Assembly: GCA_963823435.1 (NCBI GenBank)
Contig: CAWGLN010000009.1
Coordinates: 132,560 to 196,559 of the forward strand
DNA from: an uncultured Gammaproteobacteria bacterium
GTDB taxonomy: Bacteria; Pseudomonadota; Gammaproteobacteria; Steroidobacterales; BM003
DNA length: 64,000 nucleotides
Direction: 5' to 3'
In this document: piece by piece, positions 1 through 8,648 of the stretch
How the letters are laid out: each line of letters begins with the position of its first letter
How positions within the stretch are numbered: the stretch's first letter is position 1
The notes under the pieces: generated by a model
Database searches by the model: none
The model's input: only the letters and a program-made list of their open reading frames with translations
What the model was told of the DNA's origin: nothing
Translations under genes and position numbers: made by a program

Positions 1-517
1 CGACACCGGCAAGCAAGGTGCCAAACATCTTGCGGTTGGCGACGATGCCGCCGACAGAAATGCCGCCAAAACCTACACCGTGATAGCCACGCTCACGTCC
101 GATCAGACGCGTGCGCGAGCCCTCACCACGAATACGGTGGTAGGCCAGGGCCATTTTCAGGGCGGTATCTACGGCCTCTGAGCCGGAATTCACGAAAAAG
201 GCGTAATCCAGGCCCTCGGGTGCGATGTCAGTGACACGCTCGGCCAGTTCGAAAACCTTGGAATGACCGAGGTTGAAAGCCGTGGCGTAATCCAGCGTGG
301 CCACTTGCTTCTGCACCGCTTCCACAATGTGCGGGTGACAGTGGCCGGCGTTGCAGCACCACAGCCCTGCGATGCCATCCAGGATTTCGCGATTGTCAGC
401 GGTGTAATAGAACATGCCCTGTGCGCGTTCAAGCATGCGCGGATTCGCCTTGAATGAACGGTTACTGGTGAAAGGCATCCAGAAGGAGTTCAGGTTCAGA
501 TCGCCGGGAACACTCAT
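1..517 (-). CDS. class-III PLP aminotransferase (omega-amino acid / beta-alanine:pyruvate aminotransferase-like); N-terminal 172 codons only, the rest lies beyond the left edge
   Basis: I translated the minus strand by hand from the ATG (complement of 515-517): MSVPGDLNLNSFWMPFTSNRSFKANPRMLERAQGMFYYTADNREILDGIAGLWCCNAGH... This is the typical N-terminus of omega-aminotransferases. The ORF is open to the window edge, so it is absent from the ORF track. Confidence 0.85.
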   Translation of the reverse strand, partial: MSVPGDLNLNSFWMPFTSNRSFKANPRMLERAQGMFYYTADNREILDGIAGLWCCNAGHCHPHIVEAVQKQVATLDYATAFNLGHSKVFELAERVTDIAPEGLDYAFFVNSGSEAVDTALKMALAYHRIRGEGSRTRLIGRERGYHGVGFGGISVGGIVANRKMFGTLLAGV

Positions 518-681
518 GACATGTCGTCCTCAACAATTGCGGGTAGCTGGCCATTATAGGAGAGCCTATAGGCTAAACCATCCAAAGAATTTAACAATAT
601 TTAAATGGAAATTTTTAACTCATTGTTTTATAAAGATAACTATCAATAATTGTTTCGATATATTTAACAGGCTAAACAACC

Positions 682-1228
682 ATGCAAGAACTGGCTCAAC
701 GACTCAGGCAACTACGAAGGCGCCACGGACTGTCACAGCGTGAACTGGCCAAGCGCAGTGGGGTCAGCAACGCCATGATCTCGTTGATCGAAAACGGACG
801 CAGTAACCCGTCCATGGGCCTCATGCGACGGATTCTCGAGGGTATTCCGGTGTCCATGAGCGAGTTCTTCAGCGAGACCCCCGTTGAGGAGCGCAAGGTC
901 TTCTTCCATCAACACGAACTCACCCAGATTGGCAGCGGGCCCATTTCGTATTTGCAGGTCGGATCTGACCTCGCCACGCGACGGCTACAGTTACTTTACG
1001 AACGTTACGCCCCTGGGCGCGGACACCGGCAACTCCATGCTCAGCCATGACGCCGAGGAAGGCGGCTTGATACTGAGCGGACATCTGGAGGTGACGGTTG
1101 GCGAATTCACCCGTGTACTGGGGCCCGGTGATGCCTTCCTGTTTGACAGCAAGACGCCCCATCGCTTTCGCAACACAGGCAGCAAGGAATGCGTGCTGGT
1201 AACAGCCTGCACCCCGCCATCATTCTGA
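682..1228 (+). CDS. XRE-family HTH + cupin-domain transcriptional regulator (frame broken once as sequenced)
   Basis: ORFs 682..1050 and 884..1228 are two frames of one gene. The HTH is LSQRELAKRSGVSNAMISLIENG and the cupin is GGLILSGHLEVTVGEF...PHRFRNTG. The frames join near 1015-1025 (..YERYAPG / ADTGNSMLSH..), consistent with a 1-nt indel in a G run. The gene is divergent from the aminotransferase. Confidence 0.8.
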
Positions 1229-1464
1229 ATACCAGGCATCGACTCTTTAAGTAATTTCCGCAGGCTGATACGCACAAAAGACAGGTGTGCAGCCAAGTCC
1301 TCAACCGATAGTCTGCACCAAGCAATGCCAGCACCGGAACTGGCATTGACGGATGTGACAACGGGCGAGCACTCGCACCGTGTACGACCCTGGCCAGCTA
1401 CGATTCCCAACAAGGGTTGGTCATGGCCCAGTGCTGAAGCCGGGACAATTGGGCGGAAAACCTC

Positions 1465-2088
1465 ATGCATCGAACACACATTTATCACCTGTTTTCCCAA
1501 CTGGCCCGGCCACCCATGGAAAGTGCAGGAAAACTCGCCTTCGGGTGGGAGCAAGAGAGTCTCCTGGCCCTGAAAGAGTACGAGGAAAAGGTGGACTTCG
1601 ATGTGCAGGGACTCGAGGGGTTGCTGACCCGGTACCGTAAGACAGACCCGCAAGACATGGAACGGCATTATCGCGAACTGTTCGGCGAAGAAGAGCAGGA
1701 ATTACACATCCCTATCCAGGAAGAGATAGACAAAGCCATCCCGGTGGGTGCCCGGGATGAAATACAGCGCATCTATGACTACTTTGGCTATCGCCCGTTC
1801 GAGTACGGTGGCCGCAGCGCCGACCACCTGTCGGTAGAACTCGGGTTCATGAAAGTACTCACCCTGCGCGAGATGCTGTCCGATGCCGAATCTCGAATCT
1901 CCTACGCCCTGACTCAACGGGATTTCCTTGAGCGGCATATGCTGCGCTGGTTCCCATCCGCAGTTGAACTGGTCGAGAAATCTGCAACTGACGACTTCTA
2001 TCCCGGGTTGTTTCGGCAATTGCTTGTTTTCTTGACCCAGGACGCCAAATGGCGACGCGAATCGCTGACCCGACAAGCTGGCGCTTGA
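1465..2088 (+). CDS. TorD/DmsD-family redox-enzyme maturation chaperone-like protein
   Basis: 207-aa ORF with a DHLSVELGFM-type motif and the helical composition typical of TorD/NarJ-like chaperones. No cognate molybdoenzyme gene is nearby. The start codon is uncertain. Confidence 0.5.
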   Translation: MHRTHIYHLFSQLARPPMESAGKLAFGWEQESLLALKEYEEKVDFDVQGLEGLLTRYRKTDPQDMERHYRELFGEEEQELHIPIQEEIDKAIPVGARDEIQRIYDYFGYRPFEYGGRSADHLSVELGFMKVLTLREMLSDAESRISYALTQRDFLERHMLRWFPSAVELVEKSATDDFYPGLFRQLLVFLTQDAKWRRESLTRQAGA

Positions 2089-2144
2089 ACCCGGTTTCCG
2101 CCGGGTCGCTACTGCCGTTACACTCGCAGCTTGCAGCACCCAAC

Positions 2145-2462
2145 ATGGAGACATGCGTGTCCAAGATGCCCCTGGTTTTTTCCCGCTTTTTTCTTGCGCT
2201 TGGTGCAGCACTGCTGCTGGCCGGGTGTAGCGATCCGGTTTCAATGAACAATTACAATCGTATCCAGACAGAAATGAGCCAGACCCAGGTGTATGAGATC
2301 CTGGGAGAACCGGACAGCGCAGAAAGCATCGAACTGGGCGGATTTTCGGGCACCCTCGCAACCTGGGAGGGTAAGAAAGCCGTGATCACAATCCAGATTT
2401 TCAACGGCGAGGTGTTTGGCAAACAGTACTCAAGCAAGCCCGAATCCAAACCCCGCGACTAG
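2145..2462 (+). CDS. small lipoprotein (BamE/SmpA-OmlA-like fold family, uncertain)
   Basis: Signal peptide plus lipobox (FFLALGAALLLAGC). The mature part is about 80 aa and contains MSQTQVYEILGEPD. The start could be ATG 2145 or ATG 2166. Confidence 0.55.
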   Translation: METCVSKMPLVFSRFFLALGAALLLAGCSDPVSMNNYNRIQTEMSQTQVYEILGEPDSAESIELGGFSGTLATWEGKKAVITIQIFNGEVFGKQYSSKPESKPRD

Positions 2463-3028
2463 TCCCGATCGGCACCGCCCCATCGACGCACCAACCCGGA
2501 CTCCAAGCCCAGCAAATCGAGCAGTCGCCCGACTGTGTGATCCACGATGTCCTGCACGCTCGCGGGCTTGTTGTAAAACGCGGGCATGGGTGGGGCAATA
2601 ATTGCGCCCAGTTGTGCTGCTTCGTATAGCAGCTTGCAATGCCCAAGGTGCAAGGGTGTCTCTCTTGGCACCAGGATCAACGGACGCCGATCCTTGAGCG
2701 TCACATCAGCTGCCCGGGTAAGCAAGGTGTCTGAATAGGAATTGACGATACCGGACAAGCTCTTCATCGAGCAGGGGACGACCACCATGGCATCGCTGCG
2801 GAAGGAACCGCTGGAAATACACGCCGCCAGGTTTCGATCATCGTGCACCCGGCCAGCCAGGGCCTCTACCTCGGACACCTTGAAGTCGGTTTCAAGCCTG
2901 ATATTCAGCTTGCCCGTGGCGCTGAGCACCAGGTGGGTCTCCACTCCCTGGGACTCCCGCAACGCCTGCAGCAGCCGTATGCCGTAGATCACGCCACTGG
3001 CGCCGGATATTCCAACTATTACCTTCAT
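2459..3028 (-). CDS. ubiX: flavin prenyltransferase UbiX
   Basis: MKVIVGISGASGVIYGIRLLQAL...VVVPCSMKSLSGI...RPLILVPRETPLH. This is the canonical UbiX/Pad1 family sequence. Start taken at ATG complement 3026-3028. Confidence 0.9.
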   Translation of the reverse strand: MKVIVGISGASGVIYGIRLLQALRESQGVETHLVLSATGKLNIRLETDFKVSEVEALAGRVHDDRNLAACISSGSFRSDAMVVVPCSMKSLSGIVNSYSDTLLTRAADVTLKDRRPLILVPRETPLHLGHCKLLYEAAQLGAIIAPPMPAFYNKPASVQDIVDHTVGRLLDLLGLESGLVRRWGGADRD

Positions 3029-3130
3029 GGCGGTGACCGTTCCGGGTTCCAACTGGGGTCCACAGTGTAGCAGTACCGGCGGCAACGGTAACCGGGGCAT
3101 CGAGCACATTTTGAGTTAACTTCACGCGTC

Positions 3131-3816
3131 CTATTCGAATTGCTTGAGGCTATCGACGCTCATCACGTTCAGCTGCCGCCCATCCACCTGCAGCACGCCC
3201 TCGTCAACCAGGCGACGCAACAGGCGGGAGAGAGTCTCCGGCTTGATGGACAGCCGGGCGGCAATGACCTGTCGTGACAGGTCCAACTCGATTACGCCCT
3301 TGTCCGGGGTCGTCAACTCCAGGCGATCAACCAGGAATCGCACCAGTCGATGGGTTGCATTGGTGATGCTGAGATTCTCGATTTCCTGCAGTTGCCAGTG
3401 CAGCCGGCGAGACACATCGCCAAGCAAGGTCAGACACGCCGCGGCGTTATCGGCCAGGGCGGCCAGGTACTTCTTGTTGTCTATTCTCACCAGCAGGGAA
3501 TTTTCCATGCCGACAGGCACAGACGGGAAACAAACTCTGGCTATTGAACATGATGGCTTCGGCGAAGGTGTTGCCCGAGCTGATCACGTCAATAATTTTC
3601 TTTTCACCCAGCGGTGACACCAGTGACAACTCAATCCGGCCTTCGATCACCATGAAAAAGTGTCGCGCCGGCTCACCCCGGTTGAACAGCATCTCGCCCG
3701 CCCGCACGGTTACCAGGCTGGCGTTTTCAATTATCCTCGTCCAGGTCTTCCGGCGGCAGACCTGCAAAAAGATAGTTCCTGCGCAACAGGGCAGATTCGT
3801 TTGAGTTGGTATCCAT
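3131..3816 (-). CDS. Crp/Fnr-family transcriptional regulator without the N-terminal FNR Cys cluster (Dnr/Nnr-like); two frame breaks as sequenced
   Basis: Three frame pieces join into one protein: MDTNSNESALLRRNYLFAGLPPEDLD / RIIENASLVTVRAGEMLFNRGEPARHFFMVIEGRIELS...AIMFNSQSLFP / MENSLLVRIDN...ATHRLVRFLV..SRQVIAARLSIKPETLSRLLRRL. It has a cNMP-binding-like barrel plus a C-terminal HTH. The breaks are near 3745-3770 and 3510-3530. Confidence 0.8.
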
Positions 3817-3833
3817 GGGCGCTACTTTGCAGC

Positions 3834-3862
3834 AAAAAGGGGTGCTTTCACACCCCTTTTTT
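3834..3862 (-). terminator. intrinsic terminator downstream of hemN (symmetrical A/T flanks, could act in both directions)
   Basis: AAAAA-GGGGTG-CTTTCA-CACCCC-TTTTTT. It lies 29 nt after the hemN stop and only about 18 nt before the Crp/Fnr start codon. Confidence 0.6.
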
Positions 3863-3890
3863 ACCAATCTATTTCTGCAGGCTGGGAGCC

Positions 3891-5279
3891 CTAGATAACC
3901 TTGGAAAATCGGGGCTGTTCCTTGGCGTGTTGCAGGTAGTAATCAAACACCATGGCGATCGGGCGCAACAACAGGCGTCCGCGATCAGTCACTCGAAGAT
4001 TGTCAGCGCCCAGTTCGATCAAGCCGTCTTTCTCCAGGACTTGCAGGCGGGGAATCTCGGCCGCGAAATACTCATCGAAGTCGATATTGAAGCGTTCGGA
4101 AATCGCCTTGAAATCCAGCTTGCCGTGGCACATGACTTCCTGGATCACCTTCGCCCGCAGCCGATCGTCATTGGACATGGTGTAGCCGCGTTCGATGGGT
4201 AACTGCCCCCGGTCCAGGATGGCCGTGTACACGCCGAGGTCCTTCACGTTCTGGCTGAAACTGTCGCCCACGTGCCCGATGGCGCTCATTCCCAGGCCAA
4301 TCAGGTCGCAACGGGCATGGGTGGAGTAGCCCTGAAAATTCCGTTGCAGTTCACCGCGCTGCTGCGCCAGGACGAGTTCATCACTGGCCAGGGCGAAATG
4401 ATCCATTCCGATGTAGACGTAGCCGGCGCCTGTCAGTCGCTCTATGGTCCGCCGCAGAATTTCGAGTTTTACCTCGGGACTGGGCAACTGATCTTCGTTG
4501 ACCAATTTTTGCGCCCGGAACATTTGTGGCAAGTGCGCATAGCTGTATATCGCCAGGCGGTCCGGACGCATCTCCAGTACCGTATCCAGCGTGCGATCAA
4601 AGGTCTCCACCGTCTGCAGGGAAAGTCCGTAGATAAGATCCAGGGATACGGAGTTGAATCCTGATTGGCGGGCTGCGGTAATCAAGGCCTGCGTCTCTTC
4701 TTCACTCTGGACTCGATTCACCGCTTTCTGAACGTCCGGATTGAAGTCCTGCACACCCAGGCTGACCCGATTGAAACCCACCGCGCCCAGACCTGCGATA
4801 TCTTCGGGGCTGGCGGTACGCGGATCAATCTCGATGGAAAATTCCTGCTGGCCGTCCAGGCGGAGAGTAAAGTTCTGGCGTAACTTTTCCATCAGGCGGC
4901 CCATTTGTTCCGGGCTCAGATAGGTGGGCGTTCCTCCGCCCAGGTGCAACTGTTGGACCTGGCGATCGATATCGAACAAACCTGCCTGCAATTCCAGGTC
5001 CTGGAACAACGGGACCAGGTAACGTTCGGCACGCTCCTGGTTGCGCGTCACAATCTTGGTGCAACCGCAGTAATAACAAAGTGAATGACAGAACGGTATG
5101 TGTACGTAAATGCTCAGCGGATCGGGGATGGGCATTGCATTGGTACGCTCTACCGCCTCCCGATAATCTTGCGCGCCAAAACCGGAATGAAATTGCACAG
5201 CGGTGGGATAGGAGGTATAGCGCGGTCCACGCCCTCCGTAACGCTGAATGAGTTCTTGATCGAACTTGACTTTATTCAC
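3891..5279 (-). CDS. hemN: oxygen-independent coproporphyrinogen III oxidase (radical SAM)
   Basis: GPRYTSYPTA..., the radical-SAM motif HIPFCHSLCYYCGC, and full-length HemN-like sequence. I prefer the GTG start at 5279 (GAGG 5 nt upstream; VNKVKFDQELIQRY aligns with HemN N-termini) over the ATG at 5324 given in the ORF track. Confidence 0.9.
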   Translation of the reverse strand: MNKVKFDQELIQRYGGRGPRYTSYPTAVQFHSGFGAQDYREAVERTNAMPIPDPLSIYVHIPFCHSLCYYCGCTKIVTRNQERAERYLVPLFQDLELQAGLFDIDRQVQQLHLGGGTPTYLSPEQMGRLMEKLRQNFTLRLDGQQEFSIEIDPRTASPEDIAGLGAVGFNRVSLGVQDFNPDVQKAVNRVQSEEETQALITAARQSGFNSVSLDLIYGLSLQTVETFDRTLDTVLEMRPDRLAIYSYAHLPQMFRAQKLVNEDQLPSPEVKLEILRRTIERLTGAGYVYIGMDHFALASDELVLAQQRGELQRNFQGYSTHARCDLIGLGMSAIGHVGDSFSQNVKDLGVYTAILDRGQLPIERGYTMSNDDRLRAKVIQEVMCHGKLDFKAISERFNIDFDEYFAAEIPRLQVLEKDGLIELGADNLRVTDRGRLLLRPIAMVFDYYLQHAKEQPRFSKVI

Positions 5280-5435
5280 GCCTGCCTCGCGTTTGTAAGG
5301 TGGCCGAATGATCGACCATAACAATTAGAATAGGTATAAGGGTTTTCCGGGAACCACTCGGGCGAAACCGAAACCCTGAATACCTCCCAACAGTTCTGAA
5401 CGAAGCGGAAAGTCAGATTCAAACCGTCCACCGCC

Positions 5436-6224
5436 CTATTCTCCGGCCGGCCAGTGTCTGCAGTCTGCGCCCACGCCACTAGACTCACCTTGATCAGGGT
5501 CAAGTTCCCGGTTTCCGGTACCGGCCGCCCTGGCCGGCGTGACCAGGAAGCCAACCTCCTGCAGACCCTCCACGCCTCCACGCAGGTGATCCCCGGGCTT
5601 GAGAGGGCCCACCCCGGCGGGGGTGCCGGTAAACACCAGGTCCCCGGCCCGCAACTCGAATAGCCGGGATAGATGGGACAGCACCTCGCCCACGCTCCAG
5701 GTCATGTCGGCAATATCGGCCTGCTGGCGCATCTCGCCATTGACCTCCAGCCAGATACGCCCGCGCCGCAGGTCCGATCCGTCCTGCACCAGGGTTATCG
5801 GCGATACCGGCGCGGAAAAATCAAACCCCTTGGCCGTATCCCAGGGCAATCCACGCTTTTTGGCCGCCGCCTGAAGGTCACGCCGGGTCAGGTCCACACC
5901 CACCGCATAGCCTGCCACCCTGTCCAGCGCCTGCTCCGGGGTCAGGTCCCTGCCGCCTGCCCCCAGGGCAACCACCAGTTCAATCTCGTGATGAAGGTTC
6001 TCCGTTCCCGGCGGATAGGGTATCTCACCGGATCCAGGCGTCACCGCGTCGGCGGGCTTGGAAAAGAAGCAGGGTGGTTCACGCTCGGGATCCGACCCCA
6101 TCTCCCGGGCATGCTCGGCATAATTTTTACCCACACAGTAGATGCGATGTACCGGGTAGCACTCATCCCTGCCGTGAATGGCCACCCATACGGGCGGCAT
6201 GGGGGGGAAAATATAATCTGGCAT
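5436..6224 (-). CDS. fumarylacetoacetate hydrolase (FAH) family protein
   Basis: RIYCVGKNYAEHAREMG...HHEIELVVALG...DLVFTGTPAGVG, typical of FAH/YcgM-like proteins. Start at MPDYIF. The C-terminal 30-40 aa are low-complexity and could reflect an undetected frame error. Confidence 0.85.
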   Translation of the reverse strand: MPDYIFPPMPPVWVAIHGRDECYPVHRIYCVGKNYAEHAREMGSDPEREPPCFFSKPADAVTPGSGEIPYPPGTENLHHEIELVVALGAGGRDLTPEQALDRVAGYAVGVDLTRRDLQAAAKKRGLPWDTAKGFDFSAPVSPITLVQDGSDLRRGRIWLEVNGEMRQQADIADMTWSVGEVLSHLSRLFELRAGDLVFTGTPAGVGPLKPGDHLRGGVEGLQEVGFLVTPARAAGTGNRELDPDQGESSGVGADCRHWPAGE

Positions 6225-6370
6225 CAGATGCGTTCTCCTGAAAAATTCACCCGCACGAAACCGCAGCAGCCCGGGTAAAGCAAATGCCTGCCGGCAGGTC
6301 GACAAAAAGAGGGCGCCGAAGTGAGGTCAGGGCGCCCCGTCTTTACGGTCAGAGGCCTCAAGCCGCCAGG

Positions 6371-7522
6371 TCAGACCTGGGCGAGAGCCTTGTCCAGGGC
6401 TTCGATCAGGTCTTCCTTGTCCTCCAGACCCACTGACAGGCGCACCAGGCCATCGATAATACCTACCCGGGCGCGTTCCTCGGGTTCCACATCGGAATGG
6501 GTCATGGTGACCGGGTGAGTAATCAGGGATTCCACCGAACCCAGGTTCTCGGCCAGGCTCCACAACTCAATGCAATCCATCAATTTCTTGCCTGCAGCCA
6601 TCCCGCCTTCCACTTCGAACCAGACCATGGCGCCATAGCCATCGGCCTGGCGACGAGCCAGTTCGTGCTGGGCAAATGACTCCAGCCCCGGGTAGCGCAC
6701 TTGCTTGACCTTGGGGTGGGACTCCAGGTGACGGGCAATCGCCATGGCGTTGTCCGACTGGCGAGTGATACGCAGGGACAGGGTCTTGCAGCCCTGCAAG
6801 GTCAGCCAGGCCACCATGGGCGACATGATCATACCCGTGGCATTCATGATGAAACGCACCTTGGCATCCAGTTCCATGGTCGCTGCCACCACCGCGCCAC
6901 CCACGGTAGCGTTGTGACCATCCATGTACTTGGTCGTGCTGTGCACGCTCAAGTCCGCGCCCAATTCCAGCGGACGCTGAAAATACGGGGTCAGGAAGGT
7001 GTTATCCACTGCATGAGGGATACCCTTTTCCCGGGCGATTTTGGAAATCGCAGCGATGTCCGTCAACTTCAGGGTCGGATTGGCCGGGGTCTCGGTGAAT
7101 ATCAACCGGGTGTTGTCACGCACCGCCGCCCTCACCTCCTCGGGGTTGGAAGTGTCAGCGAAAGTAAAATCGACGCCGAAGCGACTGAGTATCTTGGTGC
7201 ACAGGCGATAGGTTCCACCGTAGGCGACGTCGGAGATGATCGCGTGGTCACCGGCATTCAGGAACGCCAGCATCACGGCCTGTACCGCCGACATGCCGGT
7301 ACCGTAACAGGTGGTCGCCGCCCCGCCCTCCAGCTCGGTCAACTTCGCCTCCAGGGCGGAAACCGTCGGATTGGCCGAACGCGAATAGGAGTAGCCCTTG
7401 GCCAGGTACTGATCTACCGATTCCTGGACATAGGTAGTGGTCTGGTAAATGGGTGTGAGGATGGCTCCGGTCACCGGGTCCGGCGTCACGCCGGCGTGAA
7501 TCTGCTTGGTTGTAAATCGCAT
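6371..7522 (-). CDS. Cys/Met-metabolism PLP-dependent enzyme (cystathionine gamma-synthase/beta-lyase/methionine gamma-lyase family)
   Basis: MRFTTKQIHAGV...YSRSANPTVSALE...STTKYMDGH (PLP-lysine motif)...GSVESLITHPVTMTH. The exact specificity cannot be assigned from sequence alone. Confidence 0.85.
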   Translation of the reverse strand: MRFTTKQIHAGVTPDPVTGAILTPIYQTTTYVQESVDQYLAKGYSYSRSANPTVSALEAKLTELEGGAATTCYGTGMSAVQAVMLAFLNAGDHAIISDVAYGGTYRLCTKILSRFGVDFTFADTSNPEEVRAAVRDNTRLIFTETPANPTLKLTDIAAISKIAREKGIPHAVDNTFLTPYFQRPLELGADLSVHSTTKYMDGHNATVGGAVVAATMELDAKVRFIMNATGMIMSPMVAWLTLQGCKTLSLRITRQSDNAMAIARHLESHPKVKQVRYPGLESFAQHELARRQADGYGAMVWFEVEGGMAAGKKLMDCIELWSLAENLGSVESLITHPVTMTHSDVEPEERARVGIIDGLVRLSVGLEDKEDLIEALDKALAQV

Positions 7523-7939
7523 CAATCTCTCCTGGGAAAGGCGTCTACCTGGGCCCGTAACGGGCGGCGGGCCTGCAATCATACACGCTGTCAGGCCCAA
7601 AACTGCAGAGGAAATTGTGCAGCGGATGCCTGCTCAGGCAGGCCAGGCATCAAAAGCGCCCCGGCCAATCCCGGGCTCAGGTACAAGCTTGGGAGTCTCT
7701 GATCTATTCATGACCGTGTATCTTGTGTCTAAAAGCCCCAGCTTCTGCGTTGCCAATCTTCGCAATAGCTGGCTATTGCGTGCGACTGGCGCCTTGGATC
7801 TGAATCTTTTCGCTCACAATCTACCAAGCCCGGAATAGGTCAGAGGCTCCCTTATGTTACATAGCGGTATTTTTGATGATTCAGCCGGGAGAATGCTAGA
7901 CTGACGGCAAGTTCAGACCTAACCGATTGTGGGCAATAC

Positions 7940-8629
7940 ATGTACCTCGATAAAAATAACGCCCTGCACCATCCATTTGACAGCCAGTTCGCGCTCACCT
8001 GCCCGCACTGCCTCACCTATTCCCACCTGACCCCGATTTCCATTCCGCGCTACGCCCAGATGCAGCAGTACAAGCCCAAGCAAACCGGCATTGTCTACCG
8101 GTGCGACGCGTGCAACGCGGCAGTCTTCCTGAAATTCGACGTCAAGGCTTATGCCGAGGACAAAATTGAGTTTTCCAGCAAATTTTCAGAGATGGAAAGA
8201 CCGCGGGAGAGCTTCAACTTCTCCTACCTGCCCGAAGAGGTGGAAGTGCTGTTCAAGGAAGCCCTGAATTGCTACGCCAACAATGCCCCCAATGCCTTCG
8301 CCTCCATGTGTCGGCGCACAGCCCGACTGGTGTTCGCCAACCTGGGCGAAACCGGCAAGCTACGTATTTTTGACCAGTTCAACGACGTCAGGGATATGAC
8401 CGAACTGGACAACGACACATTCAACGTGGTCAAGACGGTCGTCTTCGACCATGACGAACCACCTTTGCTGGATGCGGCGCAATCCGGGCTGTTGCTGGAA
8501 ATGATGAAGGACATGCTCTACCAGAGCTACATTCGCAAGGGCAAGCTGCAGCAGGCCCTGATGATGCGTCGCTATTTCCTGGAAGACAGCAGCACCAATA
8601 TCACACCCTTGCAGCAAAACAAGGGCTAG
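7940..8629 (+). CDS. hypothetical protein: N-terminal CxxC...CxxC zinc-ribbon-like module + C-terminal DUF4145-like domain
   Basis: CPHC (aa 21-24) and CDAC (aa 55-58), followed by EEVEVLFKEALNCYANNAPNAFASMCRRTARLV, which resembles the DUF4145 helical domain. Assignment is from memory and has not been searched. Confidence 0.55.
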   Translation: MYLDKNNALHHPFDSQFALTCPHCLTYSHLTPISIPRYAQMQQYKPKQTGIVYRCDACNAAVFLKFDVKAYAEDKIEFSSKFSEMERPRESFNFSYLPEEVEVLFKEALNCYANNAPNAFASMCRRTARLVFANLGETGKLRIFDQFNDVRDMTELDNDTFNVVKTVVFDHDEPPLLDAAQSGLLLEMMKDMLYQSYIRKGKLQQALMMRRYFLEDSSTNITPLQQNKG

Positions 8630-8648
8630 CTCCTCCAATCCTTATTTG

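Noticed and set aside
5280-5324. ATG at 5324 as the hemN start, as given by the ORF track.
   Set aside because: The extra 15 codons (MLWSIIRPPYKREAG) have no counterpart in HemN N-termini as I remember them and lack a ribosome-binding site. The GTG at 5279 has GAGG 5 nt upstream.
6701-7702. Long antisense ORFs in the track. Examples: 333 aa at 6701..7702 opposite the PLP enzyme, 292 aa at 14637..15515, 286 aa at 47949..48809, 352 aa at 50326..51384, 321 aa at 58359..59324, 269 aa at 59621..60430 and 243 aa at 46020..46751.
   Set aside because: Each lies entirely opposite a gene with unmistakable family motifs. Each has Arg/Gly/Pro/His-rich low-complexity composition typical of antisense frames in GC-rich DNA. 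None shows a recognisable domain. I treat them as shadow ORFs.
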